Positions 1 to 10,109 of a DNA stretch of 32,000 nt are shown here, piece by piece. The notes under the pieces are model-generated. The model had not been told where the DNA came from. It did not search any database and saw nothing but the letters and a program-made list of their open reading frames with translations. Location of the stretch: contig NZ_CP011304.1 in the NCBI RefSeq assembly GCF_000981785.2, positions 510,001 through 542,000 on the forward strand. Direction: 5' to 3'. The first letter of the stretch is position 1. The number at the start of each line of letters is the position of its first letter. The translations under genes and the position numbers were made by a program. Source of the stretch: Microcystis aeruginosa NIES-2549 (GTDB lineage Bacteria; Cyanobacteriota; Cyanobacteriia; Cyanobacteriales; Microcystaceae).

Positions 1-180
1 CGTTAGGGAGTAGGATGTGTTACCGGTAAGGGGTTCTTCGGTATAGTTAGGCGTGGAGTTATATCCAATCGCTAACAAGGGTAACGTTAGGGTCAGAATT
101 GCGATCATGGTTCCGAGTAAGTTTGCCCACCTATGACTAGGAGGTTCGGAAGTCTTCCCTGACGGGTTGCTTGATTCCAT
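1..180 (-). CDS. hypothetical membrane-anchored protein, N-terminal part only (continues past left edge)
   Basis: ATG on the minus strand at 180-178 opens a stop-free frame down to position 1: MESSNPSGKTSEPPSHRWANLLGTMIAILTLTLPLLAIGYNSTPNYTEEPLTGNTSYSLT. It has one hydrophobic helix and no family I recognise. It is absent from the ORF track because there is no stop in the window. Confidence 0.35.
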   Translation of the reverse strand, partial: MESSNPSGKTSEPPSHRWANLLGTMIAILTLTLPLLAIGYNSTPNYTEEPLTGNTSYSLT

Positions 181-434
181 AAAGGGGTCGTTTTGAACTC
201 GACAAGTAAAGAATACGAGAGATATATAGAGCAGTCAGCTATCGGCTTTTAGCTTTTAGCAAATTACTGCTATTTTTTGCTTTTGAGCTTGGTTAACGTC
301 TCGTTAAAAAGCGAAACATTAACAGCAATACTCTCCCTACTAATTATATTTTACCAATTCTTTTCCAGGAGTTCACTCTGATACTTTTCTTGACGATCTC
401 TCCAGATCATGGTCTGTTGGTGTTTGTCCCTGTT

Positions 435-543
435 ATACTAAATCCGTTGAGTATAGGCTACATATCAGGACAGGCAAAAGGCAATAGGCAATAGGCAAAA
501 GGAGCAATAGATAATCAGTTTTTAATAACCAGATTTAGTGTTA
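435..543 (+). mobile_element. MITE-like element, family A, copy 1
   Basis: It begins ATACTAAATCCG and ends CCAGATTTAGTGT, forming terminal inverted repeats. The interior carries GGCAAAA/GGCAATA heptamers. It is near-identical to the reverse complement of 13639-13734. No ORF. Confidence 0.6.
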
Positions 544-1053
544 CACTGTGGGTGCCAGCACAGCTTCCTTGTCTGATTCCGAAATCAGGTTATTTACTAC
601 TCAATCCACAAAAAAAATGTCTGAAGGGCTTAAATATTAAGCGATCCAAACATTTTCTCATTGCAATCGGAGGGTGATATTGACTTTATGTCTTAACTTC
701 GAGCTTACGATAGAAACCTGGCTGTTAATGTAGCCTATTTAACCAAAATATCGATTTTTTGCTTATTTATAGGGATAAAAAATGGCCTTTGCTTAAAATT
801 ATCCGAGTTTAGAGACAATTACTTAGTAATAATCTCCCAATAAGCTAGGCCTCAGAGACCGGCAAGGCATCCTCAAGCCTTGATTTGTCCTTGCTTGCCA
901 TGGACGGCGATCACCAAGGGCGGAGTTAATCTACCAATACAGATATCATAACTCGATCGAGGGAGAAAAACCAAGAACCTGCGAGAAAATTGCCGATTTA
1001 TCCCGGCCAATATTACTGCTCAGATCGCCCCAGATGATGCCGTCAGTCATTCT

Positions 1054-2232
1054 TCAGCGAGAAACCACCTCGCTAGGGGATTCCGATTCCAGGGGGAGAG
1101 AGGGTTTAATTACCCCGTGTTTTGTCTCCTCCGGTGTCACTTGACGGATCACCTCCAAAGCTTCCTTAATCATTACCGCCATGGGAACCGCGACAATCAC
1201 CCCCAGTAAACCGCCCACTCGCGCCCCCGTCAAGACTGAGACTAACACCCAAAAGGGATTTAACCCGGTGACACTGCCCAAAATCCGGGGAGCAATGCCG
1301 TTTTCGACAATTTGCTGCACCACTACAGCCACGGCTAAAACTTGCAGAGCTAAACCAATATCGCGCAAAGCTAGTAAAGCTGTCACCGTGACAATGCCTA
1401 CAGTTCCCCCAAAAGGGATTAAAGCCATGGTGCCAATCAAAAGGCCGAATAGGAGACCAAAAGGGACTTTAATCGATAAAAAGGCCGTGACTAATCCCAG
1501 GGCCATGCAGGTGGCACAAATTACCTGTCCGACAAAGTAATTCTGAAAACTTAAGCGTAGAGTTAGGGAAAAGGGTTGTTGGACGGGTTTGGGCAACCAT
1601 TGGATAATACTCCTCCAGATATCGGGACTGTGGAGAAGCAGATAAAAGGTGAGGATAATAGTTAGCAGCACATCAAGCACGCGCACCACGGTAAAAACGG
1701 TGAGATTAAGGGCTAAATTAACGCTTCTTCCCGCTAGAATTTGCAATTCTGCCCCTAAACGACTGTTAAACTGAGCGATCAGACCATCGAAACTGATCGG
1801 AATCGGTAGATTCATCGTGTCGATTTTGGTATCTAGTTGCATCAGTTGGCGCTGTCCCGAGTCTAACCATTCTGGCAATCTATTGACAAATTGCTGCGCT
1901 TGGGTGAAGACTAGGGGAACTAGGGTTATTCCCACGGCCACAAAAATTAAAATCGTGATCAGGGAAACCACGATCGCAGCTAAACCCCGTTTTAATCCCT
2001 GACGTTCCAACCAAGTCACCGGATAACCCAAGAGAAAAGATAGAACGGCCGCTATCAGTAAAATAACAAATAAAGATTCAAAATAGCCAAAAATTGCCGA
2101 TAATGCCCAGACATTCAGGACGACAAGTGGTGCGGCTAGAGCAATCACCAGTAAGCGGGATAAGGAATTCAGGGATTGCCACCACGTCTGAATCCAATTG
2201 CGTTTCGGGGGAACGACTTTAACTTCCACCAT
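1054..2232 (-). CDS. AI-2E family transporter (PerM/UPF0118-like permease)
   Basis: 392 aa polytopic membrane protein. The N-terminal WLERQGLKRGLA and the overall layout of hydrophobic helices with a soluble insert are typical of AI-2E/PerM proteins. Confidence 0.8.
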   Translation of the reverse strand: MVEVKVVPPKRNWIQTWWQSLNSLSRLLVIALAAPLVVLNVWALSAIFGYFESLFVILLIAAVLSFLLGYPVTWLERQGLKRGLAAIVVSLITILIFVAVGITLVPLVFTQAQQFVNRLPEWLDSGQRQLMQLDTKIDTMNLPIPISFDGLIAQFNSRLGAELQILAGRSVNLALNLTVFTVVRVLDVLLTIILTFYLLLHSPDIWRSIIQWLPKPVQQPFSLTLRLSFQNYFVGQVICATCMALGLVTAFLSIKVPFGLLFGLLIGTMALIPFGGTVGIVTVTALLALRDIGLALQVLAVAVVVQQIVENGIAPRILGSVTGLNPFWVLVSVLTGARVGGLLGVIVAVPMAVMIKEALEVIRQVTPEETKHGVIKPSLPLESESPSEVVSR

Positions 2233-2403
2233 GAAGCCTCTTAAAAGGGTTGTTTCAATACTTGTATTCTGACAGATCGAAGCCTAACCCGCTAACTCCA
2301 AAAGGGAAGGTGGGGTGTGGGGGAGTGGAGCATTTGGCTGAAATTTCCCTAAACCCCGTAAATCCCTATCACCCTATCTCCTGACTCCTGACTCCGCCAG
2401 AGA

Positions 2404-4419
2404 TTAACTTGCTTGGGAGGAGACAAAACCCGATAACTCGCGGAAGCGGATCTCATCGCGGTGGGGATCGGCGCGACTAACTTGTACTTGAAAGCGATCG
2501 CCTAAAGATACTGAACGCTCAAAACGATGGGGTAATTCTAACCCCAATTCCTCCAATAAAATCAAGCCTAAATTTTCCTCTTCCCGCAGCCAGCGCAACA
2601 CCAAAGCTTGCCAGACTTGATCTCCCTGTCGTCGCAAAAATTCCAAACTCCAATAACGATTAGTTTGTCGTTCCACCGAGGTGGCTTCCTGGGCTGAACT
2701 AGCGACACTATAGAGAATTTCTTGCATTCTATCCCGGGTAAAAGGCAGTTGATCGCCCCGAAGATGGGCTTTTAGTTGAAAATGGGTCAAAAGGTCAGTA
2801 TAACGGCGAATTGGCGAAGTTACTTGGGAATAGGTATTCAATCCCAGACTAGCATGACGGTTAGGAATCGTCGTCATCTCACTGCGCGGCATACAGCGAC
2901 GCAAGGCACAGGAACGCACAGGGCCCGCAGGTAGTAAAATTAACTCCTCATCGGGGGGTAATTCCGGTTGTGGTTGTCCCCGGAAAGGCACGGGGATCTC
3001 GTGTTCCTGACAGTAGCGACCGGCGATTTCTCCAGCTAAAATCATCATTTCCGCCACTAATTGCCGAGATGGGGAAACCTCCTGCAATTCTACGATAATT
3101 TCGTCGTTATCCTTCACCTTAATGGATGATTCTGGCATTTGGATGTTAATCGATCCCTGAGATTTGCGCCAGGCGTGGCGTTGTTTGGCCCAACGGTTGA
3201 GAATCTTCACTTCCGGTTCATGCTGCAGATCCAGATGTAACATTTCGTCCACATCTTCGTAGGTGAGGCGATAGGTAGGTTTAATTGTACTAGGATGGAT
3301 ACGATAATCAGCGATCGCCCCTGTTTCATCGAGGATTACCCCAAAACTTAAGGCAGGACAAAGTTTACCCTGTACCAAACTCATTGGACCTGCGGCCAAC
3401 TCTAGGGGAAACATGGGAACCATTCCCGTGGGAAGATAGAGACTGGTACTGCGACGACGCGCTTCTAGGTCTAATTCATCATCGGGACGCACTAAACGGC
3501 TAGGATCGGCAATATGAATCCAGAGACGATGACCACCATCCGCAAGCATTTCCACCGATAATCCGTCATCGATTTCCTCGGTACTTTCATCGTCGATGGT
3601 ATAAATTTTTTGGTGGGTTAAATCGAGACGATTGTTGACATCCGCATCCGCAGGGGGATTGAGTAAATTAAGACGCGCCACATCAAGCACCTTTTTCGAG
3701 AATTGAACGGGGTAGGAACTGCGTCGCAGGAAAAGGTTTTCGTGACTACTCCACCATTTCAAATCGACTAACAATTCAAAAGCGGCCTCGGGGGTTTGGG
3801 AACGGCCCAGCAGGGAGAGTATTTCCATGGCTGCTGGATATTTTTGTTCGGGTTGGAGGATAAATTTTTCTAGAGATTCCAGACGAATTCGATCGCTTTC
3901 TGACCATTCTACCGTTTCAGAGGCCAAGGCTTGCTGGATACGTTGGAGAAATTGGCTTTTTTCCCGTTGACGCTGTTTTTCCACCTCTAGCTGGTGTTTG
4001 ATTTCCTCTACCTGATTTTCCGAGCGGGCCTCGTAACCATCCCCTTTATTTTTAAAATAAACTTTATCATCACTCAAGAGACAATGGGCTGCATAGCAAA
4101 ACTGCCAACCGCGATCAGAAAAGAGGATCTCGGCCATGGTTTCGGGAGTGACTAACTGATTTTCCCCGGCTAATAATTCCCAGGCCACTTCTAAACCACT
4201 AGGATCTAGATAGGGTTGGACTTCTCGCAGAAAATTGCCGATCTCCCTATAGTTGGACGGACCTCCTTTGACAATGTAATCGAAGCGTTGGGGACGCAGT
4301 TTATGCGGGTTTCCCCCCTGATCGATGACGATCCAATCTTTTTTACCTTCTGGGCGATCGATCACCCCTAAGCGCCTTTCTCCTTGCACTCGAAATTCTA
4401 CCAGCGTTCCCTTTTCCAC
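2404..4419 (-). CDS. RNase II/R family 3'-5' exoribonuclease (RNB domain)
   Basis: 671 aa. RNB catalytic motifs are visible: IYTIDDESTEEIDDGLSVE and YSQVTSPIRRYTDLLTHFQLKAHL. Confidence 0.9.
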   Translation of the reverse strand: MEKGTLVEFRVQGERRLGVIDRPEGKKDWIVIDQGGNPHKLRPQRFDYIVKGGPSNYREIGNFLREVQPYLDPSGLEVAWELLAGENQLVTPETMAEILFSDRGWQFCYAAHCLLSDDKVYFKNKGDGYEARSENQVEEIKHQLEVEKQRQREKSQFLQRIQQALASETVEWSESDRIRLESLEKFILQPEQKYPAAMEILSLLGRSQTPEAAFELLVDLKWWSSHENLFLRRSSYPVQFSKKVLDVARLNLLNPPADADVNNRLDLTHQKIYTIDDESTEEIDDGLSVEMLADGGHRLWIHIADPSRLVRPDDELDLEARRRSTSLYLPTGMVPMFPLELAAGPMSLVQGKLCPALSFGVILDETGAIADYRIHPSTIKPTYRLTYEDVDEMLHLDLQHEPEVKILNRWAKQRHAWRKSQGSINIQMPESSIKVKDNDEIIVELQEVSPSRQLVAEMMILAGEIAGRYCQEHEIPVPFRGQPQPELPPDEELILLPAGPVRSCALRRCMPRSEMTTIPNRHASLGLNTYSQVTSPIRRYTDLLTHFQLKAHLRGDQLPFTRDRMQEILYSVASSAQEATSVERQTNRYWSLEFLRRQGDQVWQALVLRWLREEENLGLILLEELGLELPHRFERSVSLGDRFQVQVSRADPHRDEIRFRELSGFVSSQAS

Positions 4420-4496
4420 TGTTTTCCTTTACTGCCTATTTATTTTGTCTATTTTCTATCATCCTCGATCGATTACTCGATCGGCAAGAACAATCA

Positions 4497-6536
4497 TCAA
4501 TCCCCACCCACTAGATAGGTATAACGTCGCAAACTGCGTTCATAATCCTGTAGTAGTAATTGGGATTCTTCCACAGTCATGCGATTTTCCTGCAAAGCTT
4601 GTTCACAACGAAGACGAATTCTTTCTAACAGATCTTCTGCGGAATACTGCACATAACTTAATACTTCCGTGATCGTATCTCCTTTGACTAGATACTCGAT
4701 ATCGTACCCCTTGGGACTCATCTGAATATGTACCACGTTAGTATCGCCAAAAAGATTATGTAAATTGCCCATAATCTCTTGATAAGCACCCACCAGAAAC
4801 ATTCCTAGATAATAGGGTTCTGGAGAATGTTTACCGTTTTTGTACTCCAAAGGATGCAATTCTAAAACTGATTTTATGTCCCCGCGCAAATCGATAAACT
4901 GGGCAATTTTCCCGTCACTATCACAGGTTAAATCGGCGATAATTCCCCTTTGAGTAGGTTCTCGATCGAGACGATGGATCGGCATAATTGGAAATAGTTG
5001 ATCGATCGCCCAACTATCGGGAACTGACTGAAAAACCGAGAGATTGGCATAATAAATTGAGGCCATAATTTGCTCTAAGTCTTCCAAGTCATCGGGAACA
5101 TAATCCTGTTGTCGGGCCACTTGCAGAATTTTGTGGCAACAAGCCCAGTACAATTGTTCGGCTCTAGCTCGTTCTTTGAGACTGAGATAACCGAAATTAA
5201 ACAGACTAATTGCCTCCTCTTTGAACTGTCCCGCATCGTGATAAGCTTCCTGATAATTGCGCTCATCGATACCCGTGTAGGTTTCCCAGAGATTACGGAG
5301 GATGAGGTGTTCTTTCCCATTGCAGGGATCGGGAGGGTTTTGGGGAACCTCGCTACTTCCCAGGATGTCGAAGATTAGCACCGATTGATGAGAAGCGATC
5401 GCCCGTCCACTTTCACTGATAAGAATTGGGGGGGCAATCTGGGCATCTTCACAAGCTTCCTTGACCTCGGCCACGATATCATTGGCATAATTCTGCATAT
5501 TGTAGTTTTTTGAGGCGTAGAAGTTAGTTTTTGAGCCATCGTAATCGACCCCTAAACCACCCCCCACATCGAGATAGGTCATATTTGCCCCTAATTTCGC
5601 TAATTCCACATAAATCTGACTAGCTTCGCGAATGGCATCCTTAATAACGCCAATAGCGGAGATTTGCGACCCGATATGATAGTGCAGCAGTTGCAGACAA
5701 TCTAACATCCCCGCTTGTTCTAATTCCATCACCACCGTTAGGATTTCCGGAACGGTTAAACCGAATTTTGCCCGGTCTCCCGTGGAACATCCCCAACGGC
5801 CCACCCCTTTTGTCCCCAGTTTCGCACGCACTCCCAAATGTGGGGCAATTCCTAGCTGACGACTGACGCGCAGGGTTAAATATAATTCTTCCAATTGTTC
5901 GATGACAATCAAAGGCCGATGACCGAGACGAGTGGTCAACAGGGCAGTTTCTAGGTATTCTTTGTCCTTATAGCCATTACAAATTAGCAATGGTTGTGTT
6001 TTGTCATTTTTGCCGTTTAAGGCAGGTTCTAGGGTCGCTAAAGCAATCATTAGCTCAGGTTTTGAACCAGCCTCCAGCCCAAATTGATAGGGTTTGCCAA
6101 AACGAACTAAAGACTCGACGATGTGACGGTGTTGATTGCACTTGATCGGATAGACACCGCGATAGACGTTGGCATAATTATAACGGGCGATCGCTCGGTT
6201 AAAACAGGCGTTCAGGCGCTCGATCCGATCTTCCAAAATATCGCTAAACCGAATTAACAGGGGTAAACCGATATTTCGCCGCTTAATCGCCGAAACTAAC
6301 TCGTATAAGTCCAAAGAACCGCCCCTTTCTCCCTGGGGCGAGACGGTGATATTTCCCGCAGCATTGATCGAGAAATAGGGTTCTCCCCAGCCTTGGATGC
6401 GATAGAGATTTTCGCTATCTTCGATCGACCAATGTTTAACGGGGGCAACTTTTTCGAGGTTGTTACCGTCAGAAGGGGTCAGATCCACTGGAGATAATTG
6501 CTTTTCCTGTTTCTTAAGTTGAGTTTTACCCGCCAT
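4497..6536 (-). CDS. speA: biosynthetic arginine decarboxylase
   Basis: 679 aa. PLP-lysine context GVYPIKCNQ, HYHIGSQI, YLDVGGGLGVDYDG and an N-terminal WSIEDSENLYRIQGWGEPYF are typical of SpeA. Confidence 0.92.
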   Translation of the reverse strand: MAGKTQLKKQEKQLSPVDLTPSDGNNLEKVAPVKHWSIEDSENLYRIQGWGEPYFSINAAGNITVSPQGERGGSLDLYELVSAIKRRNIGLPLLIRFSDILEDRIERLNACFNRAIARYNYANVYRGVYPIKCNQHRHIVESLVRFGKPYQFGLEAGSKPELMIALATLEPALNGKNDKTQPLLICNGYKDKEYLETALLTTRLGHRPLIVIEQLEELYLTLRVSRQLGIAPHLGVRAKLGTKGVGRWGCSTGDRAKFGLTVPEILTVVMELEQAGMLDCLQLLHYHIGSQISAIGVIKDAIREASQIYVELAKLGANMTYLDVGGGLGVDYDGSKTNFYASKNYNMQNYANDIVAEVKEACEDAQIAPPILISESGRAIASHQSVLIFDILGSSEVPQNPPDPCNGKEHLILRNLWETYTGIDERNYQEAYHDAGQFKEEAISLFNFGYLSLKERARAEQLYWACCHKILQVARQQDYVPDDLEDLEQIMASIYYANLSVFQSVPDSWAIDQLFPIMPIHRLDREPTQRGIIADLTCDSDGKIAQFIDLRGDIKSVLELHPLEYKNGKHSPEPYYLGMFLVGAYQEIMGNLHNLFGDTNVVHIQMSPKGYDIEYLVKGDTITEVLSYVQYSAEDLLERIRLRCEQALQENRMTVEESQLLLQDYERSLRRYTYLVGGD

Positions 6537-6676
6537 TGTCTATCGATCGCTCCGTGTGAGACTCCGATCTTCTATCTTAAGTCAGACTCCCTGTCTGCGA
6601 CCAAGATTCTGATCATGATAGAATTTACTCTCTAGGCTCGATCTCTAGGAATAGTCATCTATATAAATTCAAGGCT

Positions 6677-7210
6677 ATGCAGTTATTAGACTCAAAAGGA
6701 CGTTTATTCGGTAAATTTAGCTTGCTTGATATCGGAGCGGCCTTAGTAATTTTATTGACAATTATCGGTATTTTTGTTGTGCCGGGGACGAGTGGTAAAA
6801 GTACGATCGCTCAAGTCACCAAAGAACCCATAGAAGTGGATGTTATTGTCCGGGGTTTAAGTGTTCTTAATCCCAATGCTTTGATTAATCAATTCAATAC
6901 CGAGAAGAAAACTAATATTGTTATTCGTAATCAACCGGCTGGTCAAGTGGATATAAAAAATGTTAAACCTTTATCGAGAAATGTCTTAGTTCCGCAGCCA
7001 GATGGTAGTGTGAAAGTCCTACCCGATCCCCGCACGGAAAACTATTCTCAAGATATGATCATGACTCTCAGTGGTCAAGCGGAAGTTACCGATACCGGTG
7101 CGGTTGTTGGCGGTCAAAAGGTGAAAATTGGCACTTTAATCGAGTTAGAAGGAGATAATTATAATTTCAACACCAGTGTTATCGATGTCCGTTTATCAAA
7201 AAGGTCTTAA
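6677..7210 (+). CDS. DUF4330 domain protein
   Basis: 177 aa. N-terminal GRLFGKFSLLDIGAALVILLTIIGIFVVPG membrane anchor followed by a beta-rich domain, the pattern of the cyanobacterial DUF4330 family. Confidence 0.7.
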   Translation: MQLLDSKGRLFGKFSLLDIGAALVILLTIIGIFVVPGTSGKSTIAQVTKEPIEVDVIVRGLSVLNPNALINQFNTEKKTNIVIRNQPAGQVDIKNVKPLSRNVLVPQPDGSVKVLPDPRTENYSQDMIMTLSGQAEVTDTGAVVGGQKVKIGTLIELEGDNYNFNTSVIDVRLSKRS

Positions 7211-7211
7211 T

Positions 7212-7239
7212 CAGTGACCAGTGAGCAGTAAACAGTGAA
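7212..7239 (+). repeat. heptanucleotide tandem array CAGTGAC/CAGTGAG/CAGTAAA/CAGTGAA
   Basis: Four consecutive 7-nt units read directly, starting 2 nt after the DUF4330 stop codon. Confidence 0.8.
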
Positions 7240-7288
7240 AAGACAGCAGGAAACTTCCATGTAACACTGCTCACTTGAAAACTCAAAT

Positions 7289-7338
7289 CTGATAACTGAT
7301 AACTTACCCACTGATAACTGATAACTGATAACTGATAA
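7289..7338 (+). repeat. heptanucleotide tandem array (CTGATAA/GATAACT)n, two blocks
   Basis: CTGATAACTGATAACT (7289-7304) and CTGATAACTGATAACTGATAACTGATAA (7311-7338), directly upstream of recR. It is the reverse complement of the unit at 10075-10109. Confidence 0.85.
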
Positions 7339-7352
7339 GAGGATTAACTGCT

Positions 7353-7943
7353 ATTTATACACCGCCTTTAGCTCGTTTGATCGAGCAGTTACAAAAATTA
7401 CCAGGAGTCGGACCCAAAAGCGCCCAACGTCTGGCCCTCTATATTCTCAAACGACCGGAACAAGATGCGATCGAATTGGCCCAGGCGATCGTAGCAGCGA
7501 AAAAACAAGTAGGATTATGTCAGGTTTGTTTTCATCTTTCGGCCGAACCGATTTGTGAAATTTGCCGCAATCCCAACCGAGAAACGGGGACTATCTGTGT
7601 GGTAGCTGACTCCAGAGATGTGATTGCTTTGGAGAAAACTAGGGAATATTCGGGCAAATATCACGTTTTAGGGGGTGTTATCTCACCTATGGATGGGATT
7701 GGACCGGATCAATTAAATATACAGTCTTTAGTCACCAGAGTCAGCCAGAAAAAAATTCAGGAAGTTATCTTAGCTATCAGTCCCAGTGTCGAGGGGGAAA
7801 CCACGACTTTGTATATCGGGGGTTTACTGAAACCCTTCACTAAAGTTACCCGCATCGCTTTTGGGTTGCCGATGGGCGGCGATCTGGAATACGCTGATGA
7901 AGTAACTTTAGCGAGAGCTTTAGAAGGTCGTCGGGAATTATAG
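7353..7943 (+). CDS. recR: recombination protein RecR
   Basis: HhH region [13 protein letters not shown], Cys4 finger [18 protein letters not shown] and Toprim segment [16 protein letters not shown]. The ORF track starts at TTG 7377. The conserved N-terminal [10 protein letters not shown] continues upstream to ATT 7353, which lies 9 nt after AAGAGGA (7337-7343). The 5' end is therefore uncertain (7353 or 7377). Confidence 0.85.
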   Translation: MYTPPLARLIEQLQKLPGVGPKSAQRLALYILKRPEQDAIELAQAIVAAKKQVGLCQVCFHLSAEPICEICRNPNRETGTICVVADSRDVIALEKTREYSGKYHVLGGVISPMDGIGPDQLNIQSLVTRVSQKKIQEVILAISPSVEGETTTLYIGGLLKPFTKVTRIAFGLPMGGDLEYADEVTLARALEGRREL

Positions 7944-8186
7944 AGCAGGGTGTGAGGTTTTGATCAGGTTACTTTTTGGCGAATAATCGAGCATTTGTAG
8001 CCAGCGATACAGTTTTATAATGCGTATTATGCTTAGTTGCAGAATTTGTAGATGCAGAAATCTTTGGGGGGGAATCACCAGCAACTGCACGGGAGCGAGA
8101 GAGCGCGCTGTTAAATGCTGTCAAGGCTGTTCTAGAATCGCCATTTCGCCGAAACAGTCACCATTTCCCCAGATTTCCCAGGACAA

Positions 8187-9554
8187 TTATTCAGCCCGAC
8201 TACTCAAAGGATTATTGAGATTGCCGGTGCTGGGACGTTTAACATTATGGGATTGTAGGAGTGAGATCGCCTGTTGGTACTGGGGATCATCCTTAGTTCC
8301 CAGCAAAGAAGGATCATCGCGGAAGCGCAGCTGTTGTTCCCGGGTTAACTCGATCTGCACATCGGGTTTAATGCCTTTTTTGTAGATATTTTCGCCGTTG
8401 GGGGGATAATAACGGGCAATTGTCACCGCTAAACCAGAACCATCGGAGAGGGTGTGTACCGATTGGACGGTACTCTTGCCATAAGTCGATGTACCGACTA
8501 AAGTCGCCCGGCCATTTTCTTTTAGCGCCCCGGCGAGGATTTCGCTGGCGCTGGCGGAACCTTTATTGACCAAGACTACTAGGGGTAAATCGGTAATAGC
8601 GGTGTTATTGGCACTAAATTGACGATCTCCGCCCCGTCGATCGATGGTGCTAACGATTTTGCCCTGTTTCATCCACATACGAGCGATATCGACACTAGCA
8701 AATAGTAAACCCCCGGGGTTGCCTCGCAGATCGAGAACATAGCCGGATATTTGTTGTTGACTTAATTCCTCGATCGCCTCTTTCATTTGTTCGGCTGCGT
8801 GGGAACTAAATTCATCCAGTTTGATATAACCAACTTTCACCCCACCTTCCTGTTTCAGGGTATAGCTAACCGAGGGAATTTCGATATCTACCCGGGTCAA
8901 AGTCACTTCAAATACCCCTTGATCGGGACGGGCAAGCTGTAAACTAACGCTAGTACCCACTTCTCCCTGTAGAGCTTCCATTGCCTGTTCTAAGGTCATT
9001 AAAGCGGTGGGTTTGCCGTTAATTCTGATCAGGCGATCGCCGCTTTTCACTCCCGCTTCCTTGGCGGGGGATTTTTTCACCGTATCGACAACGATCAGAT
9101 CGCTAGTGCGTTTATCGAGGGCTAAACGTATGCCGATTCCCGATAATTCTCCAGAAGTTTGACTGGTGAGGACAGAAAATTCACTAGGAGTTAAAAAACG
9201 GGTATAAGTATCACCCAACTCCTTTAACGCTTCCCGGATTGCCGTGTAAGCTTGTTGGGGATTAGTATAATTTCTGCTTAACAATTCTTGACGTTTTTTT
9301 TGCCAATCAATTTGATGAAAACTACGATCTACAAATTCATTATTAACAATTTGCCAAACCTGGTCGATGACTGCTTTCGGGTTATCTTCTAAGGGTTTTT
9401 CCCCTTTGGCTGCGGGGGTGAGGACCATCAGGGAACTAACTGCTAGGGTAGCGATCGCACCTCCAGATAGGAGTTTCTGCACGGAAACGAACGAGGGACG
9501 CGACTGGTTCATAAAGACAAAGCCAAAATAAGATTGACGTTTAGATAAAGCCAT
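8187..9554 (-). CDS. S41 family carboxyl-terminal processing protease (Ctp)
   Basis: 455 aa. Signal/anchor region, then a PDZ-like segment (GIGIRLA...VKKSPAKEAGVKSGDRLIRING). Catalytic Ser context VLVNKGSASASEILAGALK and Lys context TYGKSTVQS. Confidence 0.88.
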   Translation of the reverse strand: MALSKRQSYFGFVFMNQSRPSFVSVQKLLSGGAIATLAVSSLMVLTPAAKGEKPLEDNPKAVIDQVWQIVNNEFVDRSFHQIDWQKKRQELLSRNYTNPQQAYTAIREALKELGDTYTRFLTPSEFSVLTSQTSGELSGIGIRLALDKRTSDLIVVDTVKKSPAKEAGVKSGDRLIRINGKPTALMTLEQAMEALQGEVGTSVSLQLARPDQGVFEVTLTRVDIEIPSVSYTLKQEGGVKVGYIKLDEFSSHAAEQMKEAIEELSQQQISGYVLDLRGNPGGLLFASVDIARMWMKQGKIVSTIDRRGGDRQFSANNTAITDLPLVVLVNKGSASASEILAGALKENGRATLVGTSTYGKSTVQSVHTLSDGSGLAVTIARYYPPNGENIYKKGIKPDVQIELTREQQLRFRDDPSLLGTKDDPQYQQAISLLQSHNVKRPSTGNLNNPLSSRAE

Positions 9555-9654
9555 TCAAAAAGCGGGAGCATTTTGCCTTCGAGGGAGGTGAGGAGCAGTG
9601 TTAACTACGACTTTCGTATAGATAGGGGAGTTCCTTGTCTGGCTCTAATATCCA

Positions 9655-10074
9655 CTATAATTCTACTTCTAGAAAATCGAGTAATATCTGGCGATGAATT
9701 TTTCCTAAAGAACGAGTCTGATTAATCTTCTCGGAGTAGTATTCCCCTTGACGGATGGCAGCCGGAGGTAATAAAGCTAAATCTTGTCCTTCTGTTTGCA
9801 CTAATTTTTCTAATCCCAAGGTCAGGGGTACATGATAAAGATAACGGGAGAGATTATCATCGTTATAAGAGCGAAAATAGCGTAAACTAGGAGCTTCGTA
9901 GTTAATTTCTTCTTTTAACTCTCGTTTTAACCCTATTTCTGGACTTTCACCCGCTTCTAAGTGACCACCAAATAAACCCCACACCCCCGGATAGAGAATC
10001 GTCGGGATGTCGTCGCGCAACTGCATTAAAAATCGACCGTCCTGTTCCAAAATCGCCAAAGCAACAAATATCAT
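9655..10074 (-). CDS. NUDIX hydrolase
   Basis: 139 aa. Nudix box GGHLEAGESPEIGLKRELKEEINY fits GX5EX7REUXEE. Confidence 0.85.
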   Translation of the reverse strand: MIFVALAILEQDGRFLMQLRDDIPTILYPGVWGLFGGHLEAGESPEIGLKRELKEEINYEAPSLRYFRSYNDDNLSRYLYHVPLTLGLEKLVQTEGQDLALLPPAAIRQGEYYSEKINQTRSLGKIHRQILLDFLEVEL

Positions 10075-10109
10075 CAGTTATCAGTTATCAGTTATCAGTT
10101 ATCAGTTAT
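10075..10109 (+). repeat. five exact tandem copies of heptamer CAGTTAT
   Basis: It fills the whole spacer between the four-helix-bundle gene stop (TAA at 10108-10106, inside the array) and the NUDIX ATG (10074). Confidence 0.9.

Noticed and set aside
1181-2002. Plus-strand ORFs 1181-1540 and 1817-2002 inside the AI-2E transporter gene
   Set aside because: They lie entirely antisense to a well-supported membrane-protein CDS. Their low-complexity T/P/K-rich translations are typical of shadow frames.
4325-5378. ORFs 4325-4672 (+), 5075-5320 (-) and 5109-5378 (+) overlapping the RNase II and speA genes
   Set aside because: They are shadow ORFs within or across strongly supported genes. They have no recognisable motifs, and the first spans a gene boundary with no SD.
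8020-8385. ORF 8020-8385 (+), 121 aa, Cys/Arg-rich
   Set aside because: It overlaps the 3' end of the S41 protease gene on the opposite strand. Its composition looks like an antisense artefact and there is no SD.
7289-10109. Possibility that the heptamer arrays are CRISPR-like
   Set aside because: The units are 7 nt with no spacers and there is no repeat-spacer periodicity. They are simple tandem (STRR-like) repeats.
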